Shown: positions 35,786-48,724, counted from the whole stretch's first letter. The stretch: DNA of 63,836 bases, filler included, from Octopus bimaculoides (GCF_001194135.2; 8 parts of 8 records of this genome joined end to end with filler, not necessarily neighbours in it), one strand, 5' to 3'. Translations and numbers: made by a program. Notes: generated by a model from the sequence alone, not told the origin.

Positions 35786-38331
35786 TAATAAATACTATGA
35801 CTGCGAGACAAACAGATAGACAAAAATACTAAAAGAGATGCTGGGGTACCAAAAGGCTTCAGTATATGATAAAGACCAGAAATAACAGCCAAATCTCACA
35901 TCCCACGCTTAAATCGGGAAATATATATTCATAAAATGTCAGGTTGAACATGACTGGAGTACTTCTGGTGATAGTTGTTGTGGCTTTCGGTTCAAATGAA
36001 ATCGATGAATCGGTGAAGAAACATTTGTATGGTAACTGGACACACTGAAAATAACAACCAAATTTCTCTCAGGTCTATATCATTCCGTCTTTAGAAAGGA
36101 ATGTAGTACTTATACATTATATCTGAAAGACAAAGGACTTGATGATCACAGTTGGAATGTCTTTCATCATAGATCAACTTGATTAAGGCTGACCTGAGGC
36201 TAAGAACAACGACGTCAGTATCAATACTTTTCGGTGGTTGGGTCAGCCCAAATTGGTTTCGGATTTTAGCACATGACCAGCAATTTCGAGAGAGGGGTTA
36301 GTCGATTACATTGACCTCAGTACTCAACTTGTACTTAATTTATAGACCCCGAAAGGATAAAAGACAAAGTCGATCGCTGTGGAATTTGAACTCCGAACGT
36401 GAGGACGGACGAAATGCCGCTAAGCATTATCCCGCTAAGTATTTTGCTAGCGATTCACTGCTTAATTATCAGCCCAGATTATTGAAGAGTGAAGTTAAGT
36501 TAGAATTAATTCATACTTTATGGAGTGTTCCTATTGAGTATTCCTATCAAGTGATGCATTTTCAAAAACTATCAGTCTACCAATATTGTTCACACATACA
36601 TACAGATACATACACACATATAGTATGCACTTGTTTATGTCTATTCACATCTCTGTACATGAAAATATAGTGATGAATATGCAATTTTCAATGATATTGT
36701 AATACAGTTTATAATTCATTTTGATGTAGTGATGACGTGTGTATGTGTGTATACATGCGTAAATACACACATACGCACGCACACATATATACATACATAA
36801 ATGTGTGTGTGTGCGTGCATGTGTGTGTGTGAGTGTAAAAGTCATGTTAACTTAGAAGCACAGTGAACTGTAACTATTCATATGACGTTTTTAATTTGTT
36901 TTCTAACAAAGAGTAATCTTAAAAAAGCAACATTTCGTTCCACCATGTTATGTTAGAATAGTATTCATAAACATACTATTCTTAGGAACCACTCTCTTTG
37001 TCAATTTTCAGCAATCATGAACCAAGTAAACTTTCAAGTTACATTAAATCTTATTTCATTTTAAATAACTTCCTAATTTTGTCAAATCAGTGTCCATAAT
37101 TAAAGTAATTCTATTCTGTCTGCTATTTATATCTTGGAAGTAATCTTTACACTAGTGGAGAACCGTACAGTAGATCACCATCCTTTTAATGTGGTTCTCA
37201 ACAGTTAAGTGTCCGCCTAGTTGTAAGTAGGTACCATATCGTATCTTTGTTCTTTACTTTTACCAACGGGTACACTGTACAATCAACGTGCACTTCATTC
37301 TCTCATAGTGCTGGTGCCTCACTTGGTTGTAGTTCAAGAAAAGATGAACCTACAAGCTGTTTTTTTTTTTAAATTACATAACAAAACAGCAAATTATTTA
37401 ATGGTATTCCATACACTGTACTGGTTAAGGGACTCAGTATTGATATTTGTAAAGAGTCAGATGGATCTATCTCGCAATTTATGGTTGGGGCCTAGTTTTA
37501 TCAAACCTTCTAGAATGATGAGAATAGAAAGAGAAAACAAGAAGGCAGGTGCAGTATCCAACAGACATAAAATCAAAACTTCCAGCCATAACTGTTCTAT
37601 CCTGTTTACAGACAATATAACCAGGAGTACTTTAGTCAGTATGCTCCTTCTTTATTAAGATGGTAAATTGTGCTTTGAAGGGAATTTGTCTGCTATACCT
37701 AATATGCCGAGCGACTACGTGAGGATTTCCTCCTAGAAGCTGATGGTAACCGATATAAAATAATTATGTTGTGAAGAATCTAAGCGAAGCTAGAAAGTTG
37801 AGGGTCGTTTCTTATCGCAATTGTTACAGACAGTTCATCAATATAAGGATAGTTGATGACGTAAAGTTTATGTGTAATCCATCAAATTTTGTGACGGATT
37901 TATTGTTGATGAACAAAACAATCAAGTGGAACTAAATTGTTATTTTATTGATACACATTTACCATTAGCCAAATATTCATGTCACTACCTACCTAATTGA
38001 TAAGTGTACTATTTTTAGAGAACAACCATCAGCTTAAAATATTTTACAACTACTACATCTCGCACGTGATATTTTTTTTTTTGTATCAGTAATTGTTACA
38101 ACTTGTGCTTTGTTATTGGAATATTCTATTGAAAGGCCAAAAAATGGTTTGAACATTGTTTACTTTGAATACGCAACCTGTTTTGTTCTTCACATCACAT
38201 GATATAATTTTAAAACAAAAATAATGAAGGCTGGAATCTCATTAATACTTTTGGCAAAGGCAATTATTTGCTCATTGTTTAAAACACAATTAGAAGCAAG
38301 TGGCTTTTTAAATCTATTGAAAGAATAAGTA

Positions 38332-39579
38332 TCAGGTCATCCCATAAGTTCTGTCCGATTTTACCTTTTTTAAAATTGAATGAAATTTAATAGTATTCTA
38401 GAATGTCTAATGGAATTTTAAATTATTCTTATGCATTTGTGTACATTTAAACTAATTAAATATTATTTTACAGAATAACAGAATTAAAATTTCTTTGATT
38501 AAGACCCTTTCTAACATGGAAGTATACAAAGAGCATTTGAAGCACATAATGCTTTATGAGTATAAAAAAGGAAACTCTGCAGCCGAAGCGACTCAAAACA
38601 TACACACAGTTTATGGGAGAGAATGCTTGAATGAAAGAACTTGCAGAAAATGGTTAGCAAAATTCAAAAGTGGGGATTTCAGCCTTGAAAATGAATATCG
38701 AACAGGACGTCCTGCATTATCAGTTGAAGAATTGGCAACAAAGCTTAGTTCAAACCATACAGCTGTTCATCGTCATCGTCACCTTCGACAACTTGGAAAG
38801 GTTCCTAAACTTGGAAAATAGGTAACTCATGAATTGTCTAAAAGCAACCGCAAATCCCGAGTTGACATCTGCTCTTCTCTCCATTCTCGCGAACTCATTT
38901 CACCCTTTTTGGATAGATTTGTGACTGGTGACGAAAAATTGATCTTCTATCGAAATGTTAAACGTCGTAAACAGTGGTTTGGTAAAAGGGAAAAAGCTCA
39001 ACCACAACTGAGAAGGGAACTTCATGGGAAAAGGGTTTTTTTCCTCTATCTGGTGGGATTGCAAAGGAGTAATTCCCTTTGAATTGTCACCACCTAATGC
39101 AACAATCAATGCTCAAGTCTACTGTCAGCAATTAGAGCGTTTGAACCAAGCTTTGAAGAAAAAAAGACCCGCCTTAGTGAATCGAAAAGGAGTGATGTTT
39201 CATCAGGACAATGTACGACCCCACACTGCAAAGATCACATCACAGAAGATCGAAGAGCTTGGTTGGGAAAAAATTCCTGATCCACCTTATTCTCCTGACC
39301 TTGCTCCTTCAGACTATCATTTGTTTCGTAGTTTACAGAATCATTTGGGGGACATAACTTTCGCAAGCCAGGAAGAGGTCGAAACTAACATTTCAGAGTT
39401 CTTCGCTTTGAAACCAAAAGAGTTTTACATTGATGGAATTAAAAAAGCTTTTAAATAGATGGAAGGCAGTCATAGATAATCAGAGAAAGTACATTGATGA
39501 TTAAATTTCAATTAAATATAATATTCGATCACTTGTTTTCTTTATTCAAACTTCGGACAGAACTTATGGGATGACCTGA
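38332..39579 (+). mobile_element. Full-span mariner (DD34D) element, 1248 bp
   Basis: Perfect 27-bp TIRs TCAGGTCATCCCATAAGTTCTGTCCGA (38332-38358 and 39553-39579). TA target duplication at 38330-38331 and 39580-39581. Confidence 0.97.
38516..39504 (+). pseudogene. Mariner transposase pseudogene
   Basis: HTH region MEVYKEHLKHIML...GRP, WVPHEL decayed to *VTHEL, TGDE, HQDN and YSPDLAPSDY with 34 residues between D2 and D3. It carries a nonsense codon, two frameshifts and a short deletion after GRP. Confidence 0.95.
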
Positions 39580-41085
39580 TATTAAAGGATTGGTGAAACT
39601 GTGACGGCTTCTCGCCTTCAACAACAAAATTTTCTCTCAGCAACTGAGATCAAGTCTCAGAAAAATGGTGTGCCTACCGCTCAAAACCTACAAGCTCTAT
39701 CACATTTTATTGCAACAGATTTGTTTTTAACTTTCTTTTAATTTATTAATATTTATATATTGATGAAGGCGATTGGTGGATTGACACTATTACCACAACC
39801 TACTAAAGTTCATCTTTGCAGAGTCATTAAAATATGCAGGATCATATAAAAATAGTATCGTGTTCATGTAAACAGTTGCAGTACCATCTCCCCAGAATAT
39901 GTAGTCTTTTGTCTCTCATGGAAATTATCATTTTCATATTTATAACGTTTTCCATTAAAGGACACATAACCATTTTTTTTTTGTCACAATCTTGCTCTCC
40001 GACTTTATTGGTTAAGGCTCCTGGAATAAAATAACACCCACCACCACCACCACCATTTTGCACGATGCTTGAAGAGTTCAAAATTTGAAATAATCTTATA
40101 GTTGTTGAAGATATCAGTTCATTTCCCACTGCAGTTGTTTTCTTGTGCTTAAGGATAATTCTCTTTCCAGTTGTTAACTTACATGAATAATTGATCTTTT
40201 CTGAGAATATGCTGTAAAATTGCATCGTATCCAAACGAAGAAGTAGTTTTCATAAGGACAACTTGAAATCTTAGATACCTTGGTATTGTACCATTTAACT
40301 ATCAAAAGACTCCATTCTTTGACCAATAACGAAAGGACTACTACAAGAATTCTTAACAAAAAGACTATGTAGGAAAATATTTAAATTAATAGAAGTTTTT
40401 TTGTTTTTGGTAATCTGAAGGAGCATTCATTGGAGTGAGAAAGTTATCAACTTTGTACAAGCTCACATGATTAAGAAGGGATGATTTTATTATTTTATTT
40501 TATGTGTGTGTGTGTGTGTGTGTTATAATGTCCATTTTTCATGTTTGAGAGTTATAATTTCACTCAAGTAAATTTAATATATATCAGTTTTAGAAGTATA
40601 ATTGTATTATTTCCCTTTCATCTTCAACCGATTTATGTAATCACAGGGACGAGTGTAAATACTTAGTGACCTAATTTGATCTATTTCTAACAACTTGTAT
40701 ATTGAGATATGTATAAACTGGGAAGTTACAAACTTCTAAAAAAAAATTTTAGCAATGAAGGTTATAAACACATTTCAAAGTTGTGTTTTTATTACATTTT
40801 TCACCGTGCTGTTAAGTTGAAAGTCATTGTTAGACAACAAATGGATTGCTAACAGAAACATTAATTGCTAAATAATGTTGATGCTTAGTGGCCTCTTAAA
40901 TGATTAACGAAAATTAAGGCCGACCGTTTGAACAGAGACTAAGAAATAGTCACAAGTTTTGTTGGTGAACGGTTTATAATTTGAAACCGGAGGGAGTGTA
41001 ATAGGATAGTTTCACTAGTCCCTCATTTCCTTAATAGGACAGTTTACTTAAGCAAAAGCAGTGTTAATTTGACCACTGTTTAAAC

Positions 41086-41390
41086 TTGTTTGGGAATATA
41101 CAACACATAGCTGACTTTATCCATAGCAGTATAAAGGTTACCGTAGACTACCGCTCCAAGCACCCCAGTAATAGATTACCTGTCCTAGATACTGAGCTGT
41201 GGATAGAAAATACTATGATTGACGGAACTGTTAAACCCTGTTTACTCCACTCACACTACATTAAACCTATGGTTAATCCACTGGTAATCCGTAGTAACTC
41301 AGCGATGTCAAGTATTGCCAAAATCAACATCCTCGTAGCAGACTTAGTTAGAGTAATGAGGAATGTATCCCCACTATGCATGCCAACCAC
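41086..41390 (+). mobile_element. Penelope-like RT C-terminal (domain 7/thumb) fragment
   Basis: IADFIHSSIKVTVDYRSKHPSNRLPVLDTELW...HYIKPMVNPLVIRSNSAMS..K.NIL..DLVRVMRN fits the PLE pattern (E/D)YPSKH..GxLPxLD...YxKPM...SA. Recognised from memory of the family. Confidence 0.65.
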
Positions 41391-42211
41391 AAGAATCTGG
41401 GATATAGTATCAATATTCTGTGAGTGAACATTTTAACGATAACAAGTTATTTGTCACGAGTAATCGTAGGGTGAATGTGGATTATCACTCAAAATACTGC
41501 CAACTTCAAGACGTTTAAAGCAAATGGAGCCTTTAAAGTTATAATGCAAAAAATATAAATAGTTTTAAAAGTCAACAGGTGAAAATGGTGCAGCAGTAAT
41601 TGGAAAAGATTTCGAATTTGTGTAAACGATAAATTGAAAGGCGTTTTCTAAGTGAGCCAGTCAAACGACTAACACCTCCGTACTAATGTCACCGTACATG
41701 TCAAGCGGTAACAGGAGACGGAGTTAGAAAATAGCAATTAACATCTAAGTATTTAACGTTACATTTCGCAAATGTATATTAACAGAAATTAATCTGTTTG
41801 AGAAATCTTAGTTTTGTGATTGGTGTCAAATATAAGTTCATCAGAGTATTTAGGTTCCCGAAGAAAGCTTTCAAAAATATAGCAGAGAATCACTTCCATA
41901 AGATTACTTTAAATATGTGTAATAAAAGTGATGTTGAAAGATTGTGTCAACAAACTGATTCACGTAAATGGCGCGCGCACACACACACACACAAACACAC
42001 ACAGACACACACACACTCACACGCACATACACATACACACATACACACACAAACACACACACACATCAACCGACGAGCTATCAACGAAACAATATATATT
42101 TTGCTGGACTAACGATTAGGGATTAAATATATTTTTCATATTTATGTTATGTGTATATATGTGTATGTATATATGTATGTATCTACATGTCAATATGTGT
42201 GTGTTTGTATG

Positions 42212-42254
<43 letters not shown>

Positions 42255-42709
42255 NNNNNNNNNNNNNNNNNNNNNNNNNNNNNNNNNNNNNNNNNNNNNN
42301 NNNNNNNNNNNNNNNNNNNNNNNNNNNNNNNNNNNNNNNNNNNNNNNNNNNNNNNNNNNNNNNNNNNNNNNNNNNNNNNNNNNNNNNNNNNNNNNNNNNN
42401 NNNNNNNNNNNNNNNNNNNNNNNNNNNNNNNNNNNNNNNNNNNNNNNNNNNNNNNNNNNNNNNNNNNNNNNNNNNNNNNNNNNNNNNNNNNNNNNNNNNN
42501 NNNNNNNNNNNNNNNNNNNNNNNNNNNNNNNNNNNNNNNNNNNNNNNNNNNNNNNNNNNNNNNNNNNNNNNNNNNNNNNNNNNNNNNNNNNNNNNNNNNN
42601 NNNNNNNNNNNNNNNNNNNNNNNNNNNNNNNNNNNNNNNNNNNNNNNNNNNNNNNNNNNNNNNNNNNNNNNNNNNNNNNNNNNNNNNNNNNNNNNNNNNN
42701 NNNNNNNNN

Positions 42710-43175
42710 GGTCACGGTTTCGATTTCCAGACCGGACATTGTGAGTGTTTATTGAGCGAAAACTACTAAAGCACCACGAGGGTCCGGCAGAGGGTGGTGG
42801 TGGTGGTGAACCCTGCTGTACTCTTTCACCACAACTTTCTCTCGCTATTTCTTCTTGTTTCTGTTGTACCTGTATTTCAAAGGGCCAGCCTTGTCACACT
42901 CTGTGTCATGCTGAATCTCCCCGAGAACTACGTTATGGGTACACGTGTCTGTGGAGTGCTCAGCCACTTGCACGTTAATAAATGAGCCACAACGTCACTG
43001 GTGCCAAGCTGTATCGGCCTTTGCCTTTCCCTTGTATGACATCGGTGACGTGGAGAGCGGAGGCTGGTATGCATAAGAGACTGCTGGTCTTCCATCTACA
43101 ACCTTGCCCTGACTTGTGCCTCGGAGAGTAAATTTCTAGGTGCAATCCCATGGTCATTCATGACCGAAAGGGGTA
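42710..43175 (+). mobile_element. tRNA-headed SINE family E; related head at about 1205-1258
   Basis: B-box-like GGTTTCGATTTCC at the gap edge, matching GGTTTCGATTCC at about 1244-1255. Confidence 0.55.
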
Positions 43176-43438
43176 AACGAAAATATACACTTCTAATATA
43201 AGGATGAAATTTTTTTAAAAATAATCAGTGGCCAGCATATTAAAATACCTTTTAAGGTGACAATTATAAACAATTATAAATAAGGGTAAAAGAAAAACAA
43301 TTCTATGCCAATATGCTGAAAAATAGACTTTAGATCGTCTAACCATATACAATATTTTTCATCACCTGTCATCACCTGTACATACATACATACATACATA
43401 CACACATACATACGTACATATATATCATNNNNNNNNNN

Positions 43439-44538
43439 AGCCTACGCTCTTCCACAGAAAGGAACACAGAAAGAAGCAAAGAGAGAAACAAGGAAAGAAA
43501 AAAATGTGTGTAGTTGTTAGCGATCTATCCGAATGCCACGCATCCACTTCCAAATAAGTTTTATCTTAATAATTCTGATCCGCACTCTACACTCTCTATT
43601 CTCTCTATTCTCAGAAGGGTCACACAGGAGAGCTAGGGAGAAATGGAGATAATAAAGTAGTGCTGATCCCAAAACGAAGGTGCGCGTGCGTGTGTATAAG
43701 AGAGTTTGTATGCGCGTGTGGAAGAAGGCTGGTGACCTTGACGTGTCCGTATGTGTTTTTTGTGGGTGTGAAAATGTGGGGCTGGGATGGGAAGGATAGG
43801 GAAGGTGGGNNNNNNNNNNNNNNNNNNNNNNNNNNNNNNNNNNNNNNNNNNNNNNNNNNNNNNNNNNNNNNNNNNNNNNNNNNNNNNNNNNNNNNNNNNN
43901 NNNNNNNNNNNNNNNNNNNNNNNNNNNNNNNNNNNNNNNNNNNNNNNNNNNNNNNNTAGGAGTGAAGAGAAGAGAGAAGATAGGAGAGTGGGAGTGAAAT
44001 AGGAGTTGGAGCAAGAGAGGAGAGGTGGGTAGGAGGAAGTAGAAGGGGAGAGGCATGGGGAGGTGGTTAGATGAAGAGGGGAGAGCAGTTGAGCCCATGT
44101 GGCGCAAAGGAGCGAAGAGAGAAGATTAATCCCTGTTCACGGCGCAAACGGGAGTCAGGATGGGCCCTGTACAAGGACAATCCGAACACGGACAGGTTTT
44201 GCGAAAGAGTGACCGGTAGAGCGGAAATGGCGCGAGACCGGGGTGTCATTACCGAGTCGGATGTCTCGGAGGTGTTCCGCGAACCGGTCAGCCAAGCAGC
44301 GTCCCGTTTGCCCGATGTAAAGTGAAGGGCAAAGAGAGCAGGAGATGCAGTAGAGGATATTGGTAGAAGTGCAGATGAAGGAGTCGGTGATGTAATAGGG
44401 TCGATGATGAGTGCCGGTGAGGAGGGTGGTGCTGGAGAGGTATGGGCAAGTGCGGCAGCGTGGGCGGGTACAGGGGAACGAGCCGGTTTGGGATGTTACG
44501 TTGGGAAAGAAGCTGTGGACCAAGAGGTCTTGTAGGTT
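43439..44538 (-). mobile_element. 5'-truncated Penelope-like element (Neptune-like): GIY-YIG, 3' tail and terminal repeat
   Basis: GSFPCTRPRCRTC...FICTSTNILYCISCSLCPSLYIGQTGRCLADRFAEHLRDIR...PVSRHF, then a frameshift to RLRREQGLIFSLRSFAPHGLN. A pyrimidine-rich tail follows, then the hammerhead-like repeat cut by the gap at 43438. Confidence 0.88.
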
Positions 44539-45869
44539 GTGTATGTATGTATGTATGTATGTATATAGTAACGTCTGTCGCCACTTCAGCATGGCTGTTC
44601 CGTTCGAATGGACGTTATTGTGATTTTTTAACCCCAAGAGGACATTTCCTCTAGCTGGTTAATGATCATATTCGATATATTGCAAGCAGGGGAGCGAACT
44701 CCTACCACTTTCTAGCAATGGGTTTCCAACTATTTCTGCCCTTCCTCAGTGCTGGACACCTGGTCTGCTAGAGATGGAAGTAGCTCGCTTCTGTTCGCAA
44801 CATATATATAAATTCAAGCGACATTCAATTGCTGATCGTGCAACGAGCAAAGAAGCTAGTTATATAATTTCTGTTAGAGATGAACGCTGTAACTGTACTG
44901 GCAAGTTATGTTTGTCGCCACTTCAGGATGGCTGGTCTGTTCGAACGGACGTTACAGCGATTTTGTAACCCCAAGATGACATTTCCTCTAGCTGGTTAAC
45001 GATGCAACCTGTATCCGATATATTGCGACAGACATTACTTACCAGTATGCATGCATGTATGTGCATATGTATGCGTGTATAGGAAGTCTGGGTATTGTCG
45101 TGCGTCCGGGTTTGTATACACGCGTGAGGGTTGCTGGATTAGAAGGGTTGACATGTGCGCGAGTGCGCGTGTGTCTGTGTTTGTGTGCATATGCACATGT
45201 GTACATACACTCGCGCAAATACGTACATATAAATAGATACATGCATATATATATATGCTGATACCCATATGAAAATATATTATTAGCATATATATGTCTT
45301 TACATAGAAGTGTATGTGTGGGAAGATTTATGTCTGCACTCATGTTTATATGAATTCATGTTTGTGTGTGTATGTGCAAGTAAATATGAATGTTGTGTGC
45401 GCGTATAAATTTGTGTATGTTATGAGAGAGAGAGAGAGAGGTGAGTAAGGGAGTTGTGAAAGAAACTGGCACTTGGTCGGTGTGTATGTGTGTGTGTGTA
45501 AGTGTTCTACTGTGTGCATATAATTATATCGGCTGTGTTTTGCACGCACTCGTGTGTATATCTTTCTCAGGAAGGGGCAATGTGTGCGCGTTTGCCTGCA
45601 CGCGTGTGTGTGAGTGCGTTTGTTGGGTTGAGATTGGCAGTGTGTGTGTGTGTGTGAGAGAATGCGTGTGCTTAGATGTGAGTGTGAGTGTATAAGTATA
45701 TGTGTGTTCGTATATATGCACATATGACTGTGGTGCATGTATGATGTGGGTGGAGGGCGTATAGTGTGGAGAGTTAAAAGTGCGTGGTGAGTTGTGACCG
45801 AATGGCGTATGAGTTAGTAGAGAAAATATGAACGTTGTTCCTTGCGAAGTTGCGGATCCGTTATGCAAA

Positions 45870-46720
45870 GCCAAGCCAAACACTGTAATATATCGTGCAG
45901 AACGGTTTGCTGAGCGGAAACAATGGTAAACGGGGGTTTGTTTCCGGAGACGAATATTTCATAATTGCTCTACGAATCGGTCCGCTAAACGCTGCCCAGC
46001 TTGGCCAATGGGAAAGCCCTGCAAAATGTACACGAGTACAATGGATGAGGTTGATGGAGGTGCAGAGGTGCAAGAAAAAGTGTTAAGGATGTGAACTATA
46101 CGTTGGTTGGATCCTGCGATGGAAGTGATATTGGTGATATCAAGCAAGTGGGGGGGGGGCGTCTGGTGCAAGGGAAGGATCCGGGATAGGAGAGATGAGG
46201 TAGAATAGGCCAGGTGGTATAATGACTACTGTGCGCGAGGGATAAAGGGTGGATTGTGTAAGGAGTGGTTTAGACAGGTTTAAAGGCTAAAGAAGATTTG
46301 TACAGAGGTGTTGGAAGAGAATGATTGAGGTTATAGAATAAGGCAAGGTCAGGAGTTCGGATAACGTGGACTAGAAATGATAGGAAGAGTACGAGGTGAA
46401 ATTGAACTTCAGGCGGAGGCTTCGGAGGATGTCTTTGTACTGAAGAAAGCCACTCACAAAAGAAATATCGGTGGAGTAGACGGGGGTTCTTGAAGAGCAA
46501 TCGGGAGATGTGTACAGAGGGTCGTAAGTAATGAGATGGGTAGTTGGAGAAGAAGTGAGTGAATAGAAAGTGACGGTTCCTGAGGAAGGAACGAAGGTTA
46601 GGAATGGTGATAGGGTGGAGAGAGAGGAGTGTGTAGAAGATGGATGTAAGGAGAGGATCAGTATAGGGGAAAGAGAAGGAAAGTGTAAGATTCACGGACG
46701 AATTAAGAAGATTCACAGGG
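45870..46720 (-). mobile_element. Second, heavily decayed copy of the same PLE family (RT remnants and GIY-YIG)
   Basis: Frameshifted HLITYDPLYTS, FLQY...LKFNF, PGSFPCTR...TC, FSCTSINLIHC, IGQAGQRLADRFVEQL and NIRLRKQTPV, collinear with the 44-kb copy. Confidence 0.7.
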
Positions 46721-47662
46721 GCGGAGAATCGACGTAATCTGTGGTGTAATATAATCTGGTGTGGTAATCCAGTATCGAACGATAATTCAAGAATTAAGAT
46801 TCTCCCAAGTATTAGTCAGACAGGCGTGGAAGCTCTGCATGAGTGTGCAATAACAGAGCAAATCGATCATGCTAATTATATTTCTTTGATTATCCGTATA
46901 TAAAATACGTTATTTAAAATTTTAATTGGTTTTAAATAGTGTATGTCGAAATGGAAAATATCAATAGATTGCATAGATTTGCTAATTAGGAATTCCTTAA
47001 ACTTAAAATCTGCAAGCAAATCAGTACAAATATTCATGTAACTCTCCAGCTTGATTATATATCTCACTGATTCTCTCATCTTTAACTGGACAATTATGGT
47101 AAAGTAACAGATTTGTATTTTCTGAGCAATTACCTATATAGGAGTATACACAGATATTTTGTTGCGTCTAGGAAGTCATTACGACAATATTAATAACAGA
47201 GGCAGTGGTTCAATTCCACTGCTTTGTTATTAGTCATTTGTTAAATATCTATCAAACTAACTTATCGATCATTTGTTTAACTTGTTGGTTTAACAGTCAG
47301 TCAATTTTTGTTTTGTGTTTGCTTTTTATTCGTCAAAGCTCTCGTTGTCATTTCAGTAACTTCTTTCTTAGTCTGTTTCGGAGACCGTGTTTGTCTCTGA
47401 GACATTGCTGCTCCTATGTGTGTAGAATATGGTAGGTGTAGATGTGTGTGATTATCTGCATGCGTATGTATGTGTGTGTGTGTGTGCATGTGAGTTTGTG
47501 AGTGCAAGCAAGTGTGTGCATGTGCACGTGTGCGTGTGCACGTGTGCATGTGCACGTGTGCCTGTGCCTGTTTGTGTGTGTGTGTATATGTCTCTGAGTG
47601 TGCAAACCGAATACAAAAACTAGGTTAAAATACATAGGTACATACATACGTACATACATGCA

Positions 47663-47718
<56 letters not shown>

Positions 47719-47724
47719 TATATA

Positions 47725-48594
47725 TCCGTGGTCTGATCAATACGTATCTGGACTGTTGCCATAGTAACAAAGCTAAAGCACGCAGAGACCGTTTGGCACA
47801 GAATGACTTTGAACTTTGCTGCACATGTACACTAAGTTTTTACGTTCTAGCTCACTTCCGCTGTTCACAGCAGTGCTTGGAAGGAAGGTTAGCGTGTCAT
47901 CGTCGCATTGACCCTGACAGAAAGTTGAGCAGAGAATCTGCATTAAATTTTGTCGAAAGCTTGGCAATACTTGCTCTGAGGTCTACGCAAAGTTTTTTAA
48001 AAGTTTTCATCGTTCTCGAAGCAATCAATGAGATCTTCTGCAACTAAAACCCAAGTGTTTTCTTTTTGGTCAGCTGAAAACAATTTTGGCACAAACTTGG
48101 CAGGCACACGTCTCATACCCAANNNNNNNNNNATTTTGGCACAAACTTGGCAGGCACACGTCTCATACCCAAATCTTCAGCGATAATGGACTGAGCTGAA
48201 CCGTCACTAACCTCTACATCCTCTGATATCTCACTCACAGATGGTGATTCGACGACTTCCTCTCAGCTGCACACAGATCTGCAATGTTTTCCTCAGTTCT
48301 TCTGGTTGCGGGTCTCTCAGAACGTTCGTCAATATCGACATTTTTTCGGCCGTCTTGGAAATGTCTTAACCACTTGTGTGCGACTCATACACTCCTCTGC
48401 ATACACTTTCTTCAACTCTGCGTAAGCCTCTGAGCAGTTATCGCCACGACAACTTCCTCTGTAATGATCAATGCGATGATCACGTGCTATACACAACAGA
48501 ATTTGAGGTCAATCTGTGCCAAGCGGCTTTACTCTGCGTGCTTTAGCTTCGTTATTATGGCAACAGTCCATATACTTATTGATCAGATCTCGTG
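47725..48594. mobile_element. Mariner derivative composed of two inverted 5' ends
   Basis: Both termini carry GxTCTGATCAATAxGTATxTGGACTGTTGCCATAxTAACxAAGCTAAAGCACGCAGAG, with TA flanks. The plus arm encodes EQRICIKFCRKLGNTCSEVYAK. The minus arm encodes GDNCSEAYAELKKVY...DLGMRRVPAKFVPKLFSADQKEN...FLKN. Confidence 0.85.
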
Positions 48595-48724
48595 TATATA
48601 TATANNNNNNNNNNNNNNNNNNNNNNNNNNNNNNNNNNNNNNNNNNNNNNNNNNNNNNNNNNNNNNNNNNNNNNNNNNNNNNNNNNNNNNNNNNNNNNNN
48701 NNNNNNNNNNNNNNNNNNNNNNNN

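Noticed and set aside
36311-36670. 119-aa ORF
   Set aside because: It reads through an antisense family B SINE and microsatellite.
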